A stretch of 62,705 bases of DNA, filler included. It is 10 parts of 10 records of this genome, joined end to end, with 100 filler letters (N's around TTAATTAATTAA, not from the genome) between each part and the next. Parts side by side here need not be neighbours in the genome. Positions count along the whole stretch, not along the records: positions 9,207 to 12,373 come from SRR15195285_2159; positions 12,474 to 19,086 come from SRR15195285_2161; positions 19,187 to 29,804 come from SRR15195285_2162; 7 more parts are not named here. One strand, given 5' to 3'. The notes beneath the pieces are model-generated. The model was not told the origin of the DNA. It did no database searches and was given only the letters and a program-made list of their open reading frames with translations. Position numbers and translations under genes: made by a program. Of the stretch, positions 11,945 through 22,100 are shown piece after piece. How positions within the stretch are numbered: position 1 is the stretch's first letter; each line of letters starts with the position of its first letter.

Positions 11945-12373
11945 CTCAAGGCTGGGCCATGTACCGTGCCCCGGCGTGCAGGCGGCCCTGGTGGTGCAGC
12001 GCAGGTGGGGCCACGCCGTCGACTCCCAGCTCGCCACAGGACAGCAGCGCGACAGCGCGAGAGCGCGTGCGTGCGGTGGTGGTCGCGGACTCGCGCGGCG
12101 CTCAGTACCCTGGCCAGGCAAGCGCCGGTAAGAATCGAAAGCAAATGAAAGATGTGAGATCGAAAATGGGGGTTGAGACATTGACAGTTTGACACATTGC
12201 TGGGCGCGTTCGATGCGCTCGCGTCGGCGCTCGGGGGCCGCATTTTTGTGAGCCCGCCGCCGCGCACCGTACGCAGCTCCTTCGCGCCGGCCCTTCGAGT
12301 TGCTCCACGCCCAAACCTACGACCTCCTAACATAGAAACCACGATCGAGCCCGACAAAAAGGGGGGTTTTGGG

Positions 12374-12473
12374 NNNNNNNNNNNNNNNNNNNNNNNNNNN
12401 NNNNNNNNNNNNNNNNNTTAATTAATTAANNNNNNNNNNNNNNNNNNNNNNNNNNNNNNNNNNNNNNNNNNNN
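12374..12473. other. Artificial contig spacer
   Basis: N44-TTAATTAATTAA-N44. Confidence 0.99.
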
Positions 12474-12599
12474 CGGGCGCGGAAGGCAATTCGTACAATA
12501 CATAATGCAGCCGTGCGCGTAGCGCACCATTTGCGACCGGCGCTCGATACATGTTCGTGGCGCTGCCAGCACCGCGTGCTGCTCTTCAACACCCAGGTG

Positions 12600-13746
12600 A
12601 TGCTGCTACTGCTACTTCTGCTGCTGTTCGTGCTTCTCGCAGCCACTGTCGCCGCGCCCAGCACATCCTTCGCCGTGATCGGTGACTGGGGCGCGAGGGC
12701 CCGCGACCGGCATGCGCAGCGTGCCGTGGCGGCACAGCTTCAGCACTACAACCAGAAAATTGCGCCACTGCGCAGCGTCCTGGCCGCCGGGGAGTAAGTC
12801 CCCAGGTCCTCTCGAGCCTTCCATGCAGCGCCTTATGATCAGCAGGTGACCGATTGTGATTTTTGCTGGACACAGCAATTTCTACCCCCACGGCATCCAG
12901 CCGTGCGACGAGACGGAGCAGCAGCTCTACGGTGCGGCAGCCTGCGCCGCAGACGTGGACAGCTGGCTCTTTCGCGACGTATTCGAGGAGGTCTACTCTG
13001 GGCTTGGCGTCCCGTTCTACGCGGCGCTGGGGAACCATGACTACTACCAGAACGCGAACGTCTCGGCACAAGTCGCGTACACCCAGCGCTCGCCCAGCCG
13101 CCAATGGCGCATGCCGAACCGCTACTACTCGTGGGTGGAGAGGGTGGGCGAGGGCAAGACTGTCATTTTCATCACGATCGACACCGTGATCCTCGCGGGC
13201 GCCACTATCCAAGGCTACTATGGCCGCATGCACCCGCTAACTAGGGTGGAAGTCGATGCAGCAGAGCAGCAGTGGTCATGGCTCGAGTCTGAGCTGCGGC
13301 AAGCCCAGCAGGAGAAGGTGGCATTCATCGTCGTCCAGGGCCACTACCCTGTGCACTCCGCGTGTACTCACGGCCCGACGACCGCCGCCGGCTTCGACGA
13401 GCGGCTCTCCGCGCTGCTGGAGAAGTTCAATGTCTCGGTGTACCTCGCTGGGCACGAGCACTGCGTCGAGGTGATCGAGCACGCGGGTGTGACTCACGTG
13501 GTCTCCGGTGCAGCATCGGAGTGTTGCTATCCACCTGTGAACCTGCACACGGTGCCAAAAGGATCGCTGAAGTTCCTGCACGCCGCCGATGGCGAGGAGA
13601 AGCAGGCTAAAATGACGGCCTTCGCCGTGCTCACGGTTTCTCTCGAGCCACAGGAGGGCGCCTATATCGACGTGACGATTGTGGGTCGTGACGGTGGCGT
13701 CATGTACGTCAGCGAGCCGATACGCGAGAGGCAAGCCCCTTGCTAG
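12600..13746 (+). CDS. Secreted purple acid phosphatase (ACP5/TRAP-type metallophosphoesterase); exons 12600-12793, 12876-13746
   Basis: Signal peptide; motifs GDWG, GDNFY (restored by intron 12794-12875, GTAAGT...CACAG), LGNHDY, VQGHYP, LAGHEH. Confidence 0.92.
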
Positions 13747-14278
13747 TATGCATACCCGCTACCAATGGACGGACGACCGTCGCTTAAAAGTGTGGTTTTG
13801 GCATCATCACAAAGCTGGCTGTCATATAGCATTACAAACGACACTCGTCCATGTTGGGAGAACTCATAGCTCAGTTTTCAGCTTCTAGCGCCGCAATAGC
13901 GCTGACTGTTCTCGCACGATTCGCACATCGATGGCGAACTATGAACCGTCTAAACGGCATCGCTGCAAAGCTCTCCGCGGTCGTGCGAACGGACTCCGCG
14001 CTACTTGATGACTGGCTAGCTCAAGGAAGCATGCGAGGCGGCGATGATCAACTATAGCGACAATAAAAAAGATTGATTCGGTCTTATGCACCTCTGTGAA
14101 CATCATTGTTGGTGTAGACTCACGCGAGCGGGCTAACGTTGTGTTTGCGCAACTACTAGCGGCCATGTGATCGCCCCGGCCCTTGGTCAGGTTCTCAGTG
14201 CGACACCTGGCGAGTGTGGATGCTCAGCTCGTTTTGCGTTGCGAGCAACAATACTAGGGGTGCCCGAGCCCTGGCCTG

Positions 14279-15064
14279 TCATGTGTGGCCAACTGCCTTG
14301 GCTCGGCCCGCAACGTCTTCCATGGTCAGCAGGCAGCCCTCTTTGAAGCCTGGGTGCGTCGCAATTGCTGTGCGCGAACCGAAGACATCTCCATCGCAGC
14401 GCAGGTAGTAGTCTTGGAAACCACCGCTCAGGCCCAGGGCAGCAATCACGGCACTCTTCATCTGCAATCCCGTTAGCGTGGGCAGCAAGTAGACCGTCTC
14501 TCTTGTAGTCGCTCCGTCTTGTGCCGTGTACTCGACATGTGCTGCGACTGGCGGCTGTCGAGATGTCAGCGACGCCTGCGCGGCGCCAATCCCCGTGCTC
14601 ACCACCGAGTGCCCTTCTCCGGTCTCTCCGCCACTGGTGGCCTTATGGCCCCACAGTGCGGCTGGTCCTGCCCGTTCCAGCGCTGCCTTCAACGCATCGT
14701 GGGTGCTTAGATCGTCCAACGTATAGGTCACGTCGAGAATGGCAACCGTACCCTCGGCGGGTGAAGCGCAAGTTCGTACGACAAATGCAGACAGATCCGA
14801 TGGCTCGCTAGCCACCCGCTGCTGGAGGACTGGGGGCATGAATGGGGTAATGCGCCGGTAAAATTGTCCCCAAGCGCTGTCGTCGTGGGTGCTGACCACT
14901 ATAGGCGGCGCTGTCTGATCACTGTCGGCCGCGCGTGCCCTGGCAGCAGGCATAGCTACGGCTGCCGCCTCAGGCTCAGGCTCGACCGCGCTCAGCCAGG
15001 ACTCCCCCGCCTCTGGTGTGGCCGCGTCACCAGTTGCTTGTGTCAAAACTGCCGCCAACGACAT
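14279..15064 (-). CDS. Hypothetical protein (261 aa), possible C-terminal ubiquitin-like fold
   Basis: ATG-started intronless ORF with an EPEPE tract. The C-terminal ~75 aa (VYLLPTLTGLQMKSAVIAALGL..QDYYLRCDG..GFKEGCLLTM) fit a beta-grasp pattern by eye only. Confidence 0.55.
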   Translation of the reverse strand: MSLAAVLTQATGDAATPEAGESWLSAVEPEPEAAAVAMPAARARAADSDQTAPPIVVSTHDDSAWGQFYRRITPFMPPVLQQRVASEPSDLSAFVVRTCASPAEGTVAILDVTYTLDDLSTHDALKAALERAGPAALWGHKATSGGETGEGHSVVSTGIGAAQASLTSRQPPVAAHVEYTAQDGATTRETVYLLPTLTGLQMKSAVIAALGLSGGFQDYYLRCDGDVFGSRTAIATHPGFKEGCLLTMEDVAGRAKAVGHT

Positions 15065-15338
15065 CGCGAGAGCACGCGCGTCTCCAATTTCAATCAGCCT
15101 CAGTATGTACCGCCGGTACCCGGGCGGTATTAGCTATTACGTATTAGGGCTATATACTATTCGAATGCTGTGCGGACCGCGCGCGCGGCCGCGCCGCGCG
15201 CGCGCGCGCGGTGGCCGGCGGGGCGCGTCGTCGGGGCGAGTGGGCTACCATACCTACTGTTGCATCAGCGTGCAGCGAGGGTCCGCAGGGAGGAACGTCC
15301 GCCTGCCTGCAAGCCCGGACAGTCCCCGCCCAGGCAAA

Positions 15339-17208
15339 ATGCCCAAGCGCGGTCGCGACGACAGCGCCGAGCGGCAGGCCATCGCCGCTGTCTTCACTCG
15401 CCACAATCCGTCCAAGTTGGAGAATCTTGATGCACTGATCGTGAAGTATGGTGCCGGAAAGCTACTCGAGCTGGTGACGAAGAAATACGAACCCGACGAA
15501 CTACCCAGCACGAGGCAGGGCCCGGAAGAATCGAGGGACGCAGATGAGGCAGTGGAGGAGGACGACGAAGAAATTGAGCCCGATATGATAACGCCCTTGC
15601 TCAACCAAGCGCTGGCGCTTCGTGACTCTATCAGCAGCGACGAAGACCTCGCCGCGTACGAAGCGGCGCTGCGACGCACTCTGGACGAGTCAGTCGAAAC
15701 CCCACCTAGTACAGCATCCGCGGCCAAGAGCGCAATGACAGCTCTCCGACACCTTGCACTGTGTCTCTGCCAGTCTGGCCGCGACTCAGAAGCGGCAGTG
15801 CAACTCGCTACACTCGGTTATGAGTATCGACTCGCTCCAGAAGTCCTCGGTTATGCACTGCCTCAGAACATATCAGTGTCATCTTCCCCTCCGATGGAGC
15901 CGGCTGCTGCCCCACCGGGGAAGTGCGTATGGATCGTAGACAACGCGTTGTCGCCGAAGCTGCTGCAATTTGTGCAAGGCGTCCTTGCCCCGTCCTCACC
16001 ATTCTGGTCCGAGCATAACTACGATATTAACGGCACCCCGCGCCCATACTTCTCGTACCTACACAGCCTGCCAAGTATTCTCTCAACTTCGAAGCCCGTG
16101 GATTCTCAATCTTCGTCTTCTAAGTCGATGCTGGAGACGTTGCTTGCGACTGTATACAAGCTCGCAGTCGCGCAATACCCGCAAGTTGCAGAAGCCAACT
16201 TTGTCGAGTGGTGGACACACTGTCGGCCACACCATTCCGGTCACCAATTTCATTTCGACTCAGAGGACGAAGGGTACGTCTTTGTCGTGCGCGACAGCGA
16301 CCGCTTGCGTGCAATTCATCGTTGTTCGAATCTGCTGCTCGCACCATAATTATCTGTGTACGGTTGGCGTGAACTGCTAGCCTCGACATGAGCGCTGCTG
16401 ATTGCTTGGTGGCTGTTCTAATGCACAGGCGCGGGGGGGTCAGGCACCCTATCATTTCCACGGTACTTGCTCTGTTGAACGTTTTGAAAAGGTGCAAGCG
16501 GTTTTTGTGCTTGACGCAATGTACTGATTGGGCACCGAATCTGCAGGTGCTGTATCTTACGCCGGCTGGGCTCGGTGGGCCTACCTTGGTGACGGACCAG
16601 ACCCTCAAGAAGGAGCAGCTTGCTACTCGGGGCTGGCTTGTGCATCCACGAGCGAACCGATTAGCTGGTTTTGACGGAGCATTGCTGCACGGGGTGGTGC
16701 CCGGGCGCGGCGTTCCAATGAGGTCGTCTAGCAGCGATGGGCACGAGGAGCAGGAGGGTAGTCAGCGGGGTGGCGCGGCGCGGCGGGTCACGTTTATGGC
16801 AGCATTCTGGCGAGGGCCGATGTCTACCACGCCTCGCGCGGACCGAATGCCAGGGTCGTCTCAGCCGATTCGTAAGTGCTGCCTGACGTTACTTATCACG
16901 CACGTTAAGATCGCAACTCATTTCGGCCGTTTACTACACTGCTGCCAGCGTCGTCTGATACCATTCGCGAGCGAGGATACACGTGGCCCGCGTTATTCAC
17001 AGCACCCGATGGGATTGAGGATGGCGAAGAAGAACCCGATGGGATTGAGGATGGTGAAAAAGCCAGACGGCGAGAACAGAAACCATCAGAAGCGCCGGCG
17101 GTTCCTGTCAGTAGAGTATGGGCACGTGTAGATGAGGAGGAGGGCGAGGAGGGCGAGAATCGCTCAGCCCCGATGCCACACTACGAGAAGTGCTTCCAAG
17201 GGTTTTGA
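15339..17208 (+). CDS. 2OG-Fe(II) oxygenase-like protein with N-terminal HNPxKL..KY helical module; exons 15339-16273, 16429-16462, 16547-16871, 16949-17208
   Basis: HxD (HQFHFD), HPIISTVLYL, GGPTLV, distal His (LLHGV) and RVT Arg. Three GT-AG introns (155, 84, 77 nt) give a continuous frame ending ..YEKCFQGF*. Confidence 0.8.
17004..17062 (+). repeat. 30-nt in-frame tandem duplication (PDGIEDGEEE/PDGIEDGEK)
   Basis: acccgatgggattgaggatgg starts at 17004 and 17034. Confidence 0.85.
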
Positions 17209-17290
17209 CTGGACCAAATTCAAATATGAATCGCTAAGACTTGCTACATTAGCTTGAGCTATACCACGCTCCGGTCTCGTAGATGCTGCT

Positions 17291-18403
17291 CTACTGCTTA
17301 GAAGCGCAGATACCCTGTGGGCTCGCCAGGGCCGCCTGCAGATCCTCGTTCAGCAGCAGTGTGCCAGCGTTCGAGCCGGAGCCATCAGGTTGGCAGCCAC
17401 CATGAGTATGGACGGCGAACGCAAGGCCCTCTTGACTCTCGACCCCACTGCCGCTGTCGCCGCCGGTGGTATCGATCGTGTAGCGGGCGGCATTGGGATT
17501 GCCGCCACTGCCTGCGTACGCATCGGGAAGGCCGTGGAACTGCTGAGCCTGAGAGTACTGGTTGCGTGGGTTGGTGGTACCGTATCCGTACTTCTGGACA
17601 TATGTGCCGATCTCGGGGACGTCAGTTGTGAGAGCGTACGCATCTTGCTGCGCTTCCCACGCAGTCAGGCCGGTGTTGGAGTTGGGGAAGGTGCCAAGGT
17701 ACATCCAGTCACGCCCCACCCCGCTGTTGTCGAACTGGACACTGTCCGGATCAACGGCGTACTGGTCTTCCGGCGGTGGATTGATCATGCTCCCATTCGG
17801 ATGCGACAGGGGCACGTTGAACTGCATGGTGCCACCGCCCTGTGCGTTTGTGCCACAGTGACCTGCGGTGAGGAAGCAGTGGTTCTCATCGCGGATCATC
17901 CAACCAGAACAGCCGCCACTGCCGAGGTAGCGCGCCGCGCGTGCGGCGCTGCTCGCTGTCCGGTCGTCAGTCGGCCCGCAGATGGTTGAAACGGAGGAGG
18001 GTGCATCGGCAATCGCGCCTACGACGGAGGGTTCGGATGCCTTGTCTCCCTTGAAGCGAATTTCCACCGCATCGCCGTTGAAGTAGGCGGACGCGTACTG
18101 CCACTGGGCCAGCGTCGTCGCGTTCAGGTGCTGCACGTGGCCGTCGTGCAGAGACTTGATCTCGAGTTTGAACTCAGCGTCACTCCGCACGGTGTCGCGG
18201 TCGAAAGCCACCCGGAGCCAGTCGGCGCCCTTGACTTGGACCTTCTTGTGCCCCTCGCGCCGCTCCAACGACGCATCGTCCATGCGCATGAACTGCTCGT
18301 TGATCGGCGCCATGTCGGGCTGCAGGAACGCCTCGTCGTTGCGGGTCTTATCAGCCGCGTGGGCGGCGGTGGCAAGGAGCGCGAAGGCGGCCATCCGCAT
18401 CAT
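17291..18403 (-). CDS. Secreted trypsin-like (S1) serine protease with pro-domain, bacterial type, intronless
   Basis: Signal peptide MMRMAAFALLATAAHA; mature start ICGPTDDR; catalytic His CFLTAGHC, Asp GRDW, Ser TTGGDSGSGV. Alternative upstream ATG at 18466. Confidence 0.9.
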   Translation of the reverse strand: MMRMAAFALLATAAHAADKTRNDEAFLQPDMAPINEQFMRMDDASLERREGHKKVQVKGADWLRVAFDRDTVRSDAEFKLEIKSLHDGHVQHLNATTLAQWQYASAYFNGDAVEIRFKGDKASEPSVVGAIADAPSSVSTICGPTDDRTASSAARAARYLGSGGCSGWMIRDENHCFLTAGHCGTNAQGGGTMQFNVPLSHPNGSMINPPPEDQYAVDPDSVQFDNSGVGRDWMYLGTFPNSNTGLTAWEAQQDAYALTTDVPEIGTYVQKYGYGTTNPRNQYSQAQQFHGLPDAYAGSGGNPNAARYTIDTTGGDSGSGVESQEGLAFAVHTHGGCQPDGSGSNAGTLLLNEDLQAALASPQGICASKQ

Positions 18404-18977
18404 CGTGGGCGGCGGTGGCAAGGAGGGGGCTCTGCTAGAGAGCTGTCCGTCTCTAATGGAACTCACTGATATATATATAAATGCAGCAGACTAGAAGACT
18501 GAGACTCCGCAGACCGCCCCGAGCCGCTGTTTTGTTCGCATACCAGTGTTGATATTCGACTGGTTCTGGCCCCGCCTGTACAGCTGTATGTGTACTATCG
18601 AATGCAGTCGGTTCCGCTCCCGCCGATTCTCATTCAAGATTGGGCATGAACTCAGCGCGTGCGTCGACGTGGGTGTGTCCGTGTGTGCAGTTGCTTCAAG
18701 TCGATTCCCGGCCTGGCGTCAGGAGCGTCACGAACAGATCACACCGCGCTGAGCTCATCGATCCGTCGCGCGAGTATCCAGATACAGTACTGTGCAATAA
18801 AGCGCCGGGATTTCTTCAAAGCCAAAGGGCAAGGAACACACAAAGAGCACCAATGGTTCGGAACCGAGTCATCGAGCTTCCGTGAGGAGGCTACCAGTAG
18901 TTAAGACAGTACCCGTCAACCCAGTCCCTGATACGCTACCCGTCGCCAGCCCACTATTACCATTACACTCGCGCAGT

Positions 18978-19015
18978 AGTGTTATCACACTTAACTAGAT
19001 TAGTGTGATAACACT
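18978..19015. repeat. Perfect 14-bp inverted repeat (AGTGTTATCACACT-10 nt-AGTGTGATAACACT)
   Basis: Arms at 18978-18991 and 19002-19015 are exact reverse complements; noncoding, 71 nt from the contig end. Confidence 0.85.
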
Positions 19016-19086
19016 GGCACAATCTGATACTTGGTCAACGGCCCCAGTCATTTTGCCAGCCAAACGGCACCCATGCACGCACACGC

Positions 19087-19186
19087 NNNNNNNNNNNNNN
19101 NNNNNNNNNNNNNNNNNNNNNNNNNNNNNNTTAATTAATTAANNNNNNNNNNNNNNNNNNNNNNNNNNNNNNNNNNNNNNNNNNNN
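19087..19186. other. Artificial contig spacer
   Basis: N44-TTAATTAATTAA-N44. Confidence 0.99.
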
Positions 19187-19187
19187 G

Positions 19188-22100
19188 CTGGACCAAGTGG
19201 ATTCCATGGTGGGCGGTGAGGTTGCTCCGGAGACAGGAGATGCACAACAGAGCCTCGGTGATAGCGGCACGATGGCGATCGGTGATGCCGAAGCAGAGGA
19301 GGCAGACATGGCCAAAAAACAGCTACAAGGTACGGCGGCTGTAGCGACAGCGAATTTGGCTCACATTCCTCCTGATTCCTCAGCACGGTTGATGACAGTG
19401 GTTATGGACTCCCTTACCGTGTTTTCAGTACCATTCTCTACGACCATTCCGTGGCCTGCAGCTAGTTGGGCGAAAGTTCCAGAATGGTTGCACTTCATGA
19501 AAGGGGTTGTCCTCGGTCTGCCAGGTCTCTTAGGCGATACCTTGGAATTTTTCTCAGCGATAGTTGCTGCCCTGTTCTTTTGGTTTCCAGACTGGGAATG
19601 GCCAGACTTACATATGCCTCCGTGGGCTGCTCCAGTGCTGGACGTGTTCCCAGATTGGACCTGGCACGTTCAGTTCGGGCGTGGATTCCGCACAATGTTT
19701 TGGGTATGTTCGTCGATGACCGTCATCTTTCCGATGCTTGCAGCGATCGCAAAGCGATACGGTACAAGTGCAGACGTCGCAACTCTGACTCTCATCGTCT
19801 TTGACGCCGCGGCTATGCTGTCTGTGAAGACACTTGCTGGGGGTCTCCTCTGCACAGAGCGAGACTATCCCGCAAACCAAACCGTCCTGGTCGGTCCAAA
19901 CCCTCCTATTGGCGATGGATTCGACGTGCCGATTTATTTTGACTTCCACAACGGACCAGTGTTTACGCTTGACGACAATGCGGGGCAGCTTGATCCATAC
20001 GGCCGGGCAACGATTCCCGCTAACTGGAGCGTGTTCCCTAATGTGACTGTCACCCTTGAGGTCAAATTGGAAGGTCTGTTCCTCGATGCAGTGCCAGACG
20101 ATCAGCCATTGAGGTGTTGGACTCCTGAGCATGGCCCTGTTCTCGTACTGGCACTGATTGCACTGCCACTGTATTATACGCAGTCGATTTACTACAACAG
20201 GGTGTACCAAGCAAAAACGACAGTGGTGGTATACGATCAGCTCTTCCAAATGATTATTGCTCAGCTCAAGTTCTTCTTAGCTGTCACGGCAGCGAGTCCG
20301 ATCGGCGACTGCGGAAACGCATACATCTTGCTGTGCATTTCCTGGCTTGTCACGCTGACAATGCTCCTGCTAACATTTTTCATGCACCCATGCAACGTGC
20401 GTATCCTGGATCACGTGCGTATTGTTGGGCTGCTGAACACACTATACGCTCTCACGATTTCCACGCACCTTGTTTGGCAAGTTGGGGACACCAGATGCGG
20501 CGAGGAGATCGAACCGGAGACGTCAGATTCATGGCATGCTCCAGCGTTGGCATACGGATCGCCTTTATGCATGCTACTCGGTGTACTGTACGTTCTGGTG
20601 CAGCGACAAATGGACAAATCAAAGGAAGCGGCCAACCTGCGAAGTCTGCAGTCAATCCAAGAGCAGTACGCGGATCTACCCGACATCTCATATGGCGCGA
20701 TAAATCAGTACGTGTCAGTTCTACAGCGACGAATTGACCTGCAGGCAGAGAGCCAGAGCAGTCCTACGTACACCAATCCACTTCATCCACGTATCACCAA
20801 TCCACCTACACAAGAGTCAACACTCGACGAGGAACCAGGGCCGCTTTGTATGGACATCGACCTGGCTAAACTGCCGGCAACGTACACGGGCCAGTTAGAG
20901 GGCCCAACGTGGGAATTATTGCTTGGCGCACCTGCAGATGTTGTGATTCGTGGGCTCGACACTGAGTCAGAAGGATGCCAAGCTTTGATCGGTACTGTTC
21001 AATCAGGGTTGATGGATATCATCAAGAAAAAGCTTCACCTGACGTCGGCGGACGATGATGCTCCAGCAGACAATTCAGAAGAGCAGGTAGAGACGATTAT
21101 GGCGCTGCATTTGCTGGTCACTGGATTTGGCAAAGGAACGCAAAAAGTGCTGCAGACCACCCGCCCATCACAACTCGACAGCAGTTCGAAGAAGATTGAA
21201 GTCTCACTCGCGTGCTCAGGACTACTTTCAGACACTGCCAATCTGAAGATGTTTACAGAATACATAAAAGACAACAACGCAGTGATTGAGGTTGATGTCA
21301 GCAACAATTTGATGACTGGTGGCCACATGCTGTACAACACCATGTCAGGTACATCTGACATTTGTGGAGCTGGTGCAGATACGAGCAGCGTGGACGCACT
21401 GTCACAGGTTTTGCAAGACTCACAAACTATCACAAGTTTGACGCTGATGAACTGTGGTCTTACATCTCGAGCAGTGGACATCATCGCAGAAGTCGTCTTG
21501 ACGATGGATCGACTGAGATACATCAACGTATTTCAGAATGATCAAATGGGCGATGCTGGGCTGTATAGTTTGATTGAGAACGTGCAAAAGTCTTCTTCAG
21601 TGCAGACAATTTCTGGGCTCACGGAGAACTCTGAGATGGCGGACTTCTCCAACTTGAAACTAAGCTCAATGGATACGAAAATTGTGGCGGCTGATATCAA
21701 ACTGGCACGTTTCAGCTCCACGTTGAAGTCAATTAAGATGAGGTCAACCGGCGACCGCAACTCGGCAACAGCCTACGTTTTGGACACTCAGAGCACCGAA
21801 GTGCAGCTACAAAAGTGAGCTTCTACTGAATCATCCTGCCTCAACCGCAGTTTCGAATGCCACACGCGCACGCGTAGTTATGCACAGGTTTTGGGCGTAC
21901 TGTACTGACCTTACGTTGTTGTTGCAGGCAAGGCCTGGGCCCGGCTGATTTAGCTCTTGTAGCGAACTGGATGAATCGGCCTGAAGTAGGCTACAACAGC
22001 ATCAACATCGCCCAAAATCCAGTTTTTGGGAATCTGGATGTGCCTCCACTGACAATACTGTTGATCGCTCCACCAGGCTGCCTCAAGTACCACTATGCAT

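Noticed and set aside
12356-12373. aaaaaggggggttttggg as a telomere
   Set aside because: No tandem periodic unit; just homopolymer runs at a contig end.
15018-15338. N-terminal ORF extensions (15018, also 34408, 29963, 12181, 54674)
   Set aside because: They run through promoter-like low-complexity DNA; downstream ATGs give signal peptides or clean domain starts.
21813-21970. Stop readthrough, selenocysteine or frameshift between ORFs 19197-21818 and 21971-24538
   Set aside because: The TGA lies within a GTGAGC donor; a canonical intron with a TACTGAC branch explains the frame change.
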